Of a DNA stretch of 20,000 nt, positions 7,480 to 16,144 are shown in pieces. Source of the DNA: an uncultured virus (IMG/VR IMGVR_UViG_3300037508_001334) (taxonomy: Duplodnaviria > Heunggongvirae > Uroviricota > Caudoviricetes); IMG/VR virus record IMGVR_UViG_3300037508_001334. One strand, 5' to 3'. The position numbers and the translations under genes are program-made. The notes beneath the pieces were generated by a model that worked only from the letters and a program-made list of their open reading frames with translations, ran no database searches and was not told where the DNA came from. Every line of letters begins with the position of its first letter. The first letter of the stretch is position 1.

Positions 7480-7659
7480 ATGAACCTTGAAAGCTATTTT
7501 CGTCTTAACTTTGCCTTGATGCAGTACCATAAATACTCATTAACGGAGATCGAAAATATGATGCCTTGGGAACGAGACATCTATGTTGAATTGTTAATGC
7601 AACACCTGGAAGAAGAAAAAACAAAACAACAGCAAGTAAATGGCACTCAATTCTTCTAA
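7480..7659 (+). CDS. gp51: Baseplate hub assembly catalyst, short gp51-like ORF (59 aa; absent from the ORF track)
   Basis: Manual translation: MNLESYFRLNFALMQYHKYSLTEIENMMPWERDIYVELLMQHLEEEKTKQQQVNGTQFF*. It carries the characteristic NF.LMQ.HKYSL.EIENM.PWERDIY motif. No SD; the frame extends upstream to the gp26 slippery site. Confidence 0.85.
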   Translation: MNLESYFRLNFALMQYHKYSLTEIENMMPWERDIYVELLMQHLEEEKTKQQQVNGTQFF

Positions 7660-9724
7660 AATTGTACCAGTATTAAAACCGAAGAATGGTCGTGCCTTAG
7701 TTGATGAGAAGATAGACGAAAGGATACTAAGATTACTTGGTCTTGAAGGTGTTTTTGATATTGATTATGATACTTATGCATCTCTTCTCAAAGAGAGGAT
7801 GGGTGCTGCAAGAATGAGAAAGCAAACTCTTCCAACAGAAGAAGTTGAATTGCTTACAAATGAATGGAAAAAAATAAAGGGTAAGAAAGGTAGATTTAAA
7901 GTCAAAAAGATTACTGCAGAAAGTTTTAAAAAAGGTACTGCAGTTGGAATGAATTTGGGAAAACAGAGAGCACTTTCTGGAATCAAAAAACTATCACTTT
8001 CTCCAGCAATTGGTAAAGGAGAAACTCAAGATAGTTTTAATGAAATTACAAGTTTATTGAATGAAATTGTTAAAAATCTAACTCAACAAAATAAAACACA
8101 AAAAGATTCAAACGAGAGAGAAAGAAAGGAAGGTGAGAATGCAAAGAGAGCACTTGCTGAATCAAAACTAGAAAAAGGATTTGCTCTTGCAATTAAAACA
8201 GCAGAAAAGGTTGTTGCTCCAGTGAAATCAATGCTTAGAAGAATCATTGATTTCTTTATGGCTATTTTCTGGGGTAAAGTTTTTCTCAAGTTGTTAGATT
8301 GGTTTGCAGATCCAGCAAACAAGAAAAAGATTGATTCCTTGTTTAGATTCTTTGGTGATCATTGGCCAAAACTTCTTGCACTTTATCTTAGATTTGGAAC
8401 AGGTTTGGGTAAGTTTGTTGGTAGTCTTACTAGTTTAGTATTTTTGGGAACAAGAAAGTTGCTTCAAACTGTTTTTCAAATGGTTGGGGCAAAGGGAGCA
8501 GCAAAATTTCTTGGAGGTAAAGGTGGTAAATTAGTTGCAACAGGATTATCAGTTGCAACAACAGTTGGAACCACAATGGCTCTAAGTGAAGGAATAGAAA
8601 ATTTTGCGGGACAAGGTGAGGATAAGCAACCAAAAATTCCTACCTATAATGGTGGTGGGTTTGCAAACTTTAAGAAATTGTTTGGAATGTTTGGTGGTGG
8701 TTCTTTTAGTCCTGGATATGTAAGTGGTGAAAAAGGTGTAGATAAGGTTCCTGCAATGTTAAGTGATGGTGAATTTGTAATGTCTCGTGGTGCTGTTGAA
8801 AAATATGGTGTGAATACTCTGGAAGCAATGAATGCTGCCGGTGGTGGTACAAATAGGCCAAAAATGATTAGTGGGACTACTTATGCTGCTGGTGGTGGAT
8901 TGGTTGGAGGTTCTCCTGATTTTTGGAAGATAGCAGCACTTGCATCAAAGGAGGATAGTATAAATCCTCAAGGTCAGGCAGATGTAGCACAGTCAATATA
9001 CAATCGTATCAACCTTGGATCTTATCCTGGTGGAAAAAGTATTTCTGCAGTAATTACTGCTCCAGGTCAATATCAACCTACTTTTTCCAATCCATCTAAG
9101 TGGAGATCAATAAAAGATAGAGTTTCTGCAATCAATGCTACTGGCAATGAAAAAAAGATTGATATGGCTGCTAAATCAATTACAAATCCAGTATTGCAAA
9201 GAGAATCTGCAAAATTTGTTGGTGGAAGAACTGATTTTCAAGGAGAAAGTCAGAAAAAATATATGAAACCTTCCGATGTTACCCGAGGTAAAAGTCATAA
9301 TTTCTTTGGGTGGTTTTATGATGCAAAATTACCAAAACCTGCACCAATACCCAATATAGTTTCTTCTCAATCCAAACAAATTCAAACTCCTCCTATGAAA
9401 CCAGATATGAATGGGAGTAAAAATCAACCAAACATTATAGAGAGAGTTAAAAACTTTATTTTTAGTCCATCACAACCAAAAGAACCAAGGTATGCTCAAG
9501 GTGGAATGGTGCAGTCACCAATGCAACTATCAAAAATGCCTTTTAGAGCAAAAAATATTACTCCTCCATCTGCTCCACCTGTACTTGTTTCTACGACAAG
9601 TAAAACAAGCACGACGATGCCTTCCATACCATCATCACCAGGAGTTCCAAAAGCTCCATCATTTAATTCTATTCACAGTAATAATGAAAGAAAGAGAATA
9701 CTTGCAATTCACGGAGTAGCATAA
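7640..9724 (+). CDS. Tape-measure/gp29-like virion protein with a SleB/CwlJ-like (Hydrolase_2) cell-wall hydrolase domain
   Basis: Coiled-coil N-terminus, hydrophobic Gly-rich segment, G.DKVPAMLSDGEFVM motif, hydrolase-like domain at ~8918-9322 (ASKED...GQADVAQSIYNR...YP...ISAVITAPGQYQP), Pro/Ser-rich tail; follows gp26/gp51. Confidence 0.6.
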   Translation: MALNSSKIVPVLKPKNGRALVDEKIDERILRLLGLEGVFDIDYDTYASLLKERMGAARMRKQTLPTEEVELLTNEWKKIKGKKGRFKVKKITAESFKKGTAVGMNLGKQRALSGIKKLSLSPAIGKGETQDSFNEITSLLNEIVKNLTQQNKTQKDSNERERKEGENAKRALAESKLEKGFALAIKTAEKVVAPVKSMLRRIIDFFMAIFWGKVFLKLLDWFADPANKKKIDSLFRFFGDHWPKLLALYLRFGTGLGKFVGSLTSLVFLGTRKLLQTVFQMVGAKGAAKFLGGKGGKLVATGLSVATTVGTTMALSEGIENFAGQGEDKQPKIPTYNGGGFANFKKLFGMFGGGSFSPGYVSGEKGVDKVPAMLSDGEFVMSRGAVEKYGVNTLEAMNAAGGGTNRPKMISGTTYAAGGGLVGGSPDFWKIAALASKEDSINPQGQADVAQSIYNRINLGSYPGGKSISAVITAPGQYQPTFSNPSKWRSIKDRVSAINATGNEKKIDMAAKSITNPVLQRESAKFVGGRTDFQGESQKKYMKPSDVTRGKSHNFFGWFYDAKLPKPAPIPNIVSSQSKQIQTPPMKPDMNGSKNQPNIIERVKNFIFSPSQPKEPRYAQGGMVQSPMQLSKMPFRAKNITPPSAPPVLVSTTSKTSTTMPSIPSSPGVPKAPSFNSIHSNNERKRILAIHGVA

Positions 9725-9733
9725 TCATAAACT

Positions 9734-12700
9734 ATGAAACCTAAAGCACTTCCTCCTGCAAAAATTAATCCAGCAAAACTTTTAAAGGGAAGTTCTTTAA
9801 TACCTACTGTGAAAAGGATTAGTGCTAAATCGGTTGTTGATGATAATCTTTCTTTTGGGGTAAGTTTTATTAAGAAACAAGTGATTAAAATTGGTGATTT
9901 AATCAAAACAAATACATTATTAAAAGCAGAAAATGAAAAGAGAAAGAAAAAAGAAGGTGAGAAAAAAAGATTTGCCAAAAAAGAAGAAAAACTTGAAAAA
10001 CCAAAAGAAGGTAAAGGAGATAAAATTAAATTACCTTCATTACCTCGTTTAGGTTTTCTTGATAGAATTAAGAAGTTTTTATTTAATATTTTTCTTGGTT
10101 ACATTTCACTTCGTTTATTGCCATATCTTCCAAAACTTGCAGGAGTTGTTGGTACGATTATAAAGGTTCAGGATACTGTGATTGATGTATCTGGTAAAAT
10201 TTTAAATGGTTTGGTTTCTTTTGTTGATAAAGCATATGAGGTTCACGATAAAACAAGAAAGTTTTTAGGAAATCTTGGAGGAGAAAACTTTACCAAAGCA
10301 TTTGATGAATTTGTTGGTGCGATGGATAAAGTCATCACAGCATCTATTATTGCTGCGATTGCTTTTGATGAACTTCGTGATATGGGTGGTCCTGGTGCTG
10401 GAAAATGTGATTGTGGACCAACTAAAAATGGTATGGGGTCAACTGCTGCTTCTGCATACCAAGCAAGTAAAGCAGGTAGATCTTATGCTGCAATGATGGC
10501 AGAAAGAAATTTGCCAAAATGGGTTCAAAAACAATTAGGTGGTAGTGCTGGTAGATTTTCAGATTCAAATTTAAGAATTGCTTTAGGTAAAGGGAATGTT
10601 GGGGATTATGTTAGAATTATTACTCAAGGAAAGTTGGGAAGGGGTGCATTATCCAAAGCAGTAATGACTGTTGTGAAACCAAGATTAAGTATGATTCCAT
10701 TTGGTATTGGTGCTTTGATTGACTTTGGATTATCTTGGGCTTTAGGAGAAAACCCTGGTAGAGCAGCTTTTAGATCAATTGGTGCAGGTTTATTGAGTTG
10801 GGTTGGAACTGCTTTGGGTGGTGGTATTGGACTTGCTGGGGGTCCTTTAGCAATTGCTGGAGCCATTATTGGTGGTGCTGCTGGTGGAATAGCTGGTGAT
10901 GCTATTGGTGGATTTTTATATGATTTGATGTTTGGAAATAAAAATCCACAAAATCAAAAGGTTCAAGGTCGTGCTCAAGGTGGACAAGTTACAAGAGGTG
11001 GAAAATATACTGGTCCAATCAAAAGAACTATAAAAAAAACACCACCAAGAACTTTAAAAGTAAAATCAACAGAAGTTAAACCGGGTCAATCTGTTGGTGG
11101 TAAGGATAAGATTAAAAAAATATTCCCTGAAGAAGACCAGACAAAAAATGTAAATCCACTTGGTTATATGAATAGTTCTTATAAGACAGCATCTTCAACA
11201 CCAGGATTAGGTGGATTATTTGGTATTATGATGAAGGCACAACTTGGTGAGAGACCATCTAGTGCAGATTATCAAAGTGCAGCAGATGGTTTAACTGCTT
11301 GGATGCAGAGAACTGTTGGTGGGGGAATTCAAAGAACTGTAGGTGCATTTGCTGAAGGTGGAGAAGTTGATGCTGGAATGTTTAGTAATGGTGCTGATAT
11401 GAAAAACGTAATTGCAAAAGCACTTCAAGATAGTGTTGCCCCTAAAGTTGATGATATACTTAATGATTTGAAGAAACAACTTGAATTGAAAGTAATTGAA
11501 GGTAAAGCAAAGGAGGGAGCAACACTTCCACCAGAGGATGGAGACTTTTCAGTTAGTGGTGGCACAGAAGATTTTTGGACTTTGGTTGCAGTTGCATCAA
11601 GAGAAGATGCCGACCCCCAGGGAAGTGCTGATGTTGCACAAACAATTTATAATCGTCTTGCATCTGGTGCATATACTGGAAAGACAATTAAACAACTTAT
11701 AACAGCAAGAAACCAATATCAACCAACTTGGGATTATCCAAATGGACCTACTCAAGGAAATGGCAATCCAAATCCAGAGTGGTTGTCTATTCAAGATGCA
11801 GAATCAGCTGCAGCAGCTGCTGGTATGGAAGTTGGCACAATAAAAAAAGTCGCAGCCAACATATTAAATCCTACGTTACAAAAAAATGCCAGAGATTTTA
11901 TACAGGGAAGAACTGATTTCAAGGCACAAGGACAAGGTGTAACTGGTATCAGTAGATCCGCAAGAGGGAATGTTTTTGGATGGCATTATAACTATAAAGA
12001 AAATAAAATTGCAAGTATTCCTAATTTTGGTGCCACTGTTGCATCTCGTCCCGGTGGAGGTGTTGATATTAAACTAGGAAAATTTGGAGGTAATCTTTCT
12101 GCAGCACAACAACTTGCTGCAAGTATGGGACTTCAGGTTACAAGTTATCTTCGTCCGGGAGATCCTGGATATCACGGATCTGGTAGAGCAATGGACTTCC
12201 AAACGATTGGTGCTCCGGGAAATAGAGGAACTCCCAGTCAATTGGCATTTGCTCAAGCAATGATTTCTAAATATGGAACTAGTTTAAAACAACTAATTTA
12301 TACTCCTTTAGGGTTTGGAATTTCTGGAGGAAAACAAGTCCCACTATCAACTTGGGGGAATAAAACAAATTCTACACATTATGATCACGTTCACGTTGCT
12401 TTTAATAAAGGTGGAAAAGTAAAAGGAAAAATGGGTATTGATCAAATAAGAGCAATGTTAACTCACGGTGAATTTGTTCTTGATGTGAATTCAACAACCG
12501 CACTAGAAGATAATTATCCAGGATTTTTGGATGCATTGAACAAAGCAGATTATCAAGGAGCATTAAATGTTCTAAAAAGTTATGCATCTTATGAAATGGG
12601 AGCAACAATTCGTGCGATTGTAGATGAGAAATTAATTCCTGTTCCAGTTCCAGTTGGTTCTTCTCAACAATCTTCAATGATGGTGTCTATATTTGATGAA

Positions 12701-12736
12701 GTAGAAGATTATATGGCATCCAGTTATAAAGGGTAA
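9734..12736 (+). CDS. Second tape-measure/gp29-like virion protein with Hydrolase_2-like and Zn-peptidase (LAS/M15-like) domains
   Basis: Paralog of the preceding gene. Gly/Ala-rich hydrophobic stretch; ASRED..PQGSADVAQTIYNR...ITARNQYQP at ~11570-11990; H-x6-D (HGSGRAMD) and HYDHVH at ~12173-12397; GIDQIRAMLTHGEFVL motif. Confidence 0.6.
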   Translation: MKPKALPPAKINPAKLLKGSSLIPTVKRISAKSVVDDNLSFGVSFIKKQVIKIGDLIKTNTLLKAENEKRKKKEGEKKRFAKKEEKLEKPKEGKGDKIKLPSLPRLGFLDRIKKFLFNIFLGYISLRLLPYLPKLAGVVGTIIKVQDTVIDVSGKILNGLVSFVDKAYEVHDKTRKFLGNLGGENFTKAFDEFVGAMDKVITASIIAAIAFDELRDMGGPGAGKCDCGPTKNGMGSTAASAYQASKAGRSYAAMMAERNLPKWVQKQLGGSAGRFSDSNLRIALGKGNVGDYVRIITQGKLGRGALSKAVMTVVKPRLSMIPFGIGALIDFGLSWALGENPGRAAFRSIGAGLLSWVGTALGGGIGLAGGPLAIAGAIIGGAAGGIAGDAIGGFLYDLMFGNKNPQNQKVQGRAQGGQVTRGGKYTGPIKRTIKKTPPRTLKVKSTEVKPGQSVGGKDKIKKIFPEEDQTKNVNPLGYMNSSYKTASSTPGLGGLFGIMMKAQLGERPSSADYQSAADGLTAWMQRTVGGGIQRTVGAFAEGGEVDAGMFSNGADMKNVIAKALQDSVAPKVDDILNDLKKQLELKVIEGKAKEGATLPPEDGDFSVSGGTEDFWTLVAVASREDADPQGSADVAQTIYNRLASGAYTGKTIKQLITARNQYQPTWDYPNGPTQGNGNPNPEWLSIQDAESAAAAAGMEVGTIKKVAANILNPTLQKNARDFIQGRTDFKAQGQGVTGISRSARGNVFGWHYNYKENKIASIPNFGATVASRPGGGVDIKLGKFGGNLSAAQQLAASMGLQVTSYLRPGDPGYHGSGRAMDFQTIGAPGNRGTPSQLAFAQAMISKYGTSLKQLIYTPLGFGISGGKQVPLSTWGNKTNSTHYDHVHVAFNKGGKVKGKMGIDQIRAMLTHGEFVLDVNSTTALEDNYPGFLDALNKADYQGALNVLKSYASYEMGATIRAIVDEKLIPVPVPVGSSQQSSMMVSIFDEVEDYMASSYKG

Positions 12737-12739
12737 ATA
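12733..12739 (+). promoter_or_regulatory. T4-type late promoter upstream of the hub gene
   Basis: GTAAATA overlapping the upstream stop codon, followed by SD AGGAG and ATG 12762. Confidence 0.55.
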
Positions 12740-12761
12740 ATAGAATAGGAGTTTTATTTCA

Positions 12762-14135
12762 ATGCAAGAGAGTACTAGAAATTATTCTATTGATAAATTC
12801 ATAATCAATCCCTCAGCAGGAAGAAAAACTTCTCCAATTGATTTGGGTGCAAGTGGAACAACTATTACTGACTTTTATTATTATGAAAGTATTTTAAATG
12901 AGACAATTAAATGTAGTGTGACTTATAGTGATATTGGAAAATATTCTGTTGCAGATGGTGTTACAAGCACTGTTATAGATGGAATGCCCTTGGAAGGTGG
13001 AGAGGATGTTGATATTACTTTTAAGGATATGAATCACGATGCAACTTTAAAATTAAAGATGCAGGTGAGATCAATTAATCCATTATCAAAGGACACTGTA
13101 AGGTCATTAGCAACTCTTGATCTAATATCTGAAGAAGGTATTCGTAATTATAAAAAGGTTGTAAATAAAAGATATGATGGAAAAATTTCTGATACTGTTA
13201 CAAAGATTTGTAGAGAGTTTTTACAGACTGAAAAAGATTTAGATATTGAAACGACAGATAATAATTACAATATCATATCAAATAATTGGCATCCATTTTA
13301 TATTCTTCATTGGTTGTCGGGAAGATCCATTCCAAATATACAAGGTGCAAAAGGAAACACTGCGGGATTTTTCTTTTTTGAAACCTCAGAAGGATTCAAG
13401 TTTAAATCCATAGATGGAATGCTTTCCGAAACTGGAACTGGTGGAAATAAAAAGAATGTAAAGAAATTCATATACAATCAAACTGTTGATCTTCCTGTTG
13501 ATTATGATGCAAAAATTCTTGAACTTGATCCACCAAATCCAAGTGGAGATATTATAAGAAAATTAGAAGCAGGAACCTATTCTACAAGAACAATCCTATT
13601 TGATCCCTTTGATTGTTATTATGAAGTTATAAATCCAAATTCACAATCTTCTGCTTCAAGTAAAGCATCACAAGAAAATCTTCAAAAAGCAGGAAAGAAT
13701 CTACCAAAAATAAATCCAAAGTTTAATATTGAAGGACAAAACAAAGACTTTTCAAAGACAAAATATCATTTAATTGATAGAGGAACATTACCATCTGGAG
13801 ATACAAAAAAACAAATAGAAAAATCTAAAGATCAAAATTTTGATCCAAAGAATATTTTGAATCAGTCTTCAATGAGATACAATCAACTCTTCTCATCAAA
13901 AACCACGATTACAATTTATGGCGATTTAAGTTTACACGCAGGAGATTTGATTTGGATAGACCCACCAGAACTATCAAATAAACAAACTCAAGGACTGGAT
14001 AATTATCTTGGTGGATATTATATTATTGCAGATCTCTGTCATTATTACAATTTATCAACGGGATGCTTTACCAAGATTACTGCAGTTAGAGATTCCACTG
14101 GAAAAAAAGGAAATCCTACTTATAATCCTTTTTAA
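12762..14135 (+). CDS. Baseplate hub protein (gp27/gpD-like)
   Basis: YYESIL, LPL/MPLEGGE.V, RYDGKISD.V..I, GFFFFETSEGFKFKSID, ITIYGDLSLHAGDLI, GGYYIIADLCH and terminal VRDS motifs typical of hub proteins; upstream of gp5. Confidence 0.65.
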   Translation: MQESTRNYSIDKFIINPSAGRKTSPIDLGASGTTITDFYYYESILNETIKCSVTYSDIGKYSVADGVTSTVIDGMPLEGGEDVDITFKDMNHDATLKLKMQVRSINPLSKDTVRSLATLDLISEEGIRNYKKVVNKRYDGKISDTVTKICREFLQTEKDLDIETTDNNYNIISNNWHPFYILHWLSGRSIPNIQGAKGNTAGFFFFETSEGFKFKSIDGMLSETGTGGNKKNVKKFIYNQTVDLPVDYDAKILELDPPNPSGDIIRKLEAGTYSTRTILFDPFDCYYEVINPNSQSSASSKASQENLQKAGKNLPKINPKFNIEGQNKDFSKTKYHLIDRGTLPSGDTKKQIEKSKDQNFDPKNILNQSSMRYNQLFSSKTTITIYGDLSLHAGDLIWIDPPELSNKQTQGLDNYLGGYYIIADLCHYYNLSTGCFTKITAVRDSTGKKGNPTYNPF

Positions 14136-14141
14136 ATCTGT

Positions 14142-14154
14142 TAAATAGTAAATA
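14142..14154 (+). promoter_or_regulatory. Tandem late-promoter motifs upstream of cp12
   Basis: TAAATA at 14142-14147 and 14149-14154 in the 33-nt intergenic gap. Confidence 0.55.
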
Positions 14155-14168
14155 ATACATCACCAATT

Positions 14169-14381
14169 ATGGAAAGTGTAGAAAAGCATATAGAGTATGA
14201 TAAAAAAATATTGGATGACCCATTAACTTCCCCTCAAGCAAAACGTCACATTGAGGATGAATTGGCTGCACTTGAAAGATGGTCTCAAAATCATCCAACC
14301 AAACATCACGACCCAACAGCATTGGAATTATATTGTAATGATAATCCAGATGCATTGGAATGTAGAATTTATGAGGACTGA
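14169..14381 (+). CDS. cp12: CP12 Calvin cycle inhibitor protein (auxiliary metabolic gene)
   Basis: 70 aa acidic protein ending DPTALELYCNDNPDALECRIYED, the CP12 C-terminal C-x8-C motif. Confidence 0.9.
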   Translation: MESVEKHIEYDKKILDDPLTSPQAKRHIEDELAALERWSQNHPTKHHDPTALELYCNDNPDALECRIYED

Positions 14382-16105
14382 TGAGTTTATATAACCCTGG
14401 GTTTCTTGGTGAACATTTTAATTGGTGGATCGGACAGATTGCTGATGACTCCACTTGGAGAGATAACATACTGCCGGGAAAATTTACGGATAGAAATAGT
14501 GTCGTTGGGTGGGGATATCGTTATAAAGTAAGAATTATTGGTCTTCACGATCAAGATGAGGAGTCACTTCGTTCCGAAGAACTTGCTTGGGCCCAGGTGA
14601 TGTATCCTGTGACTGCAGGTGGTGGTCAAGCATCTGCATCACAAACTCCAAATCTTCGTCAAGGAAATTTTGTATTTGGATTTTTCCTTGATGGGCAGGA
14701 TCAACAAGTCCCAGTCATTATGGGAGTTCTGGGTAATAATGCACAAACAGCATTATCTAATAAAACAGCACTCACTGGAGGAAAGAATTTTAGTCCTCAA
14801 AGTGGATTTGCAAATACTCAAGAACCAAAGGTAAGAGATAAAAAGGAAAAAGTTCCTGATGAAGAGAAAGTTATTGTAAAACCAAAGACACCAGAGCAGA
14901 CAGCAGAATGTGCTCCTGCTCCACCAAATGTCTCTGTAAATGAATACGGACTTCGTTCAGATAAGTCTCTTACACCTACTCAACTTGCAGATGCTCAAAG
15001 TGCAAGAACAGAGGCAGACCAAAAAGGATTAACTGGTGCAGAAAGAGATAATTATGTTCAACAAAAAGTAGCACTAGGAATTAAAAATCGTTGCAGAGAA
15101 GCAAGTTCTCCAGCATCATTATCTCAACCAGGAGCAACAAAGGAAAGTACAAATGCAGTTCATCAAACATCCGCTGGAGATAGAAAAAGACAAGACAAGT
15201 ATCAAGAAAGAATTCCTCTATTAAAACCAGACGATAAAGTTGGGTCTGCAATTAAAGCTATTCAAACTGTATTAGATAATTTACTGCAAGAAATAGCAAA
15301 GTATTTGAATGCTCTTAAGTGTTATGCAGATGCAGTCTCAAGTATTATAAAAGAAATAATGAGTCTGATTTCAAAGGCTGCTTGTATTATTGCAAAATAT
15401 ATGAAAATAATTTTTGATAAGATTATGGAATATGTTTTGAAGTTATTAAACAAAGAATTAACTAAAATTGTTTCTGCAATGCCTTCAAGTATGAGACATA
15501 TGATTGCAGATATAAAAGAAATTATTACTGAACTCATTCTATGTTTGTATAATAAAATTACTCAAGGATTATGTGGGTTGATTGAATCTTTATTACTTGC
15601 TGCATTGCAACCAGAAAAGATAGAACAACAAGCAAGACAAAGCACAAATGATAAAAGAAAGAATCCATATGTTCCAATGTGTTATGCTGAAGAAATTGTA
15701 GGGCAAGCAATTTCTTTTAGTAAAAATGATATAACTGAAGCAAACAACACTTTAATTAATAATGTGAATACTTTTCTTGATGATATTCAAGGTCAAATTT
15801 CTGGAGTGAATGGACCTTTTTCGGATATTACTTCATTGATTGGAAATATTGATGGAAGTATGACTTCTGCTTTAAGTTTTGAAAATCTTAAATTAAATCT
15901 TTTTGGATGTGAATTGAAACCAAATGTGGCAGTATCTGATTACTATACCTTTGCAAGAGGTGGTGCATCACAACCAGAACCACAAACACCAAATCTCAAA
16001 TCAGTTGAAGATATTGCAGCAAAAACAACATCAGTAACTCCAACTGCAGAGGTTCCTTATGTTGAACCAACAAAGGCAACTCCGAACGTGAATCTAAAGA
16101 GATAA
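14381..16105 (+). CDS. gp5: Baseplate hub/spike protein gp5, N-terminal OB-fold part; no lysozyme domain visible
   Basis: F.WWIGQI, RYKVRIIGLH, LAWAQVMYP and GNFVFGFFLDGQDQQVPVIMGVLG form the gp5 OB-fold signature, followed by a helical Cys-containing region. Confidence 0.8.
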   Translation: MSLYNPGFLGEHFNWWIGQIADDSTWRDNILPGKFTDRNSVVGWGYRYKVRIIGLHDQDEESLRSEELAWAQVMYPVTAGGGQASASQTPNLRQGNFVFGFFLDGQDQQVPVIMGVLGNNAQTALSNKTALTGGKNFSPQSGFANTQEPKVRDKKEKVPDEEKVIVKPKTPEQTAECAPAPPNVSVNEYGLRSDKSLTPTQLADAQSARTEADQKGLTGAERDNYVQQKVALGIKNRCREASSPASLSQPGATKESTNAVHQTSAGDRKRQDKYQERIPLLKPDDKVGSAIKAIQTVLDNLLQEIAKYLNALKCYADAVSSIIKEIMSLISKAACIIAKYMKIIFDKIMEYVLKLLNKELTKIVSAMPSSMRHMIADIKEIITELILCLYNKITQGLCGLIESLLLAALQPEKIEQQARQSTNDKRKNPYVPMCYAEEIVGQAISFSKNDITEANNTLINNVNTFLDDIQGQISGVNGPFSDITSLIGNIDGSMTSALSFENLKLNLFGCELKPNVAVSDYYTFARGGASQPEPQTPNLKSVEDIAAKTTSVTPTAEVPYVEPTKATPNVNLKR

Positions 16106-16108
16106 ATA
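16102..16108 (+). promoter_or_regulatory. T4-type late promoter for the downstream large gene
   Basis: ATAAATA overlapping the gp5 stop codon, 36 nt before ATG 16145. Confidence 0.6.
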
Positions 16109-16144
16109 TGATTAAACTGGAATCCAAGAAAGATTATAATATAG

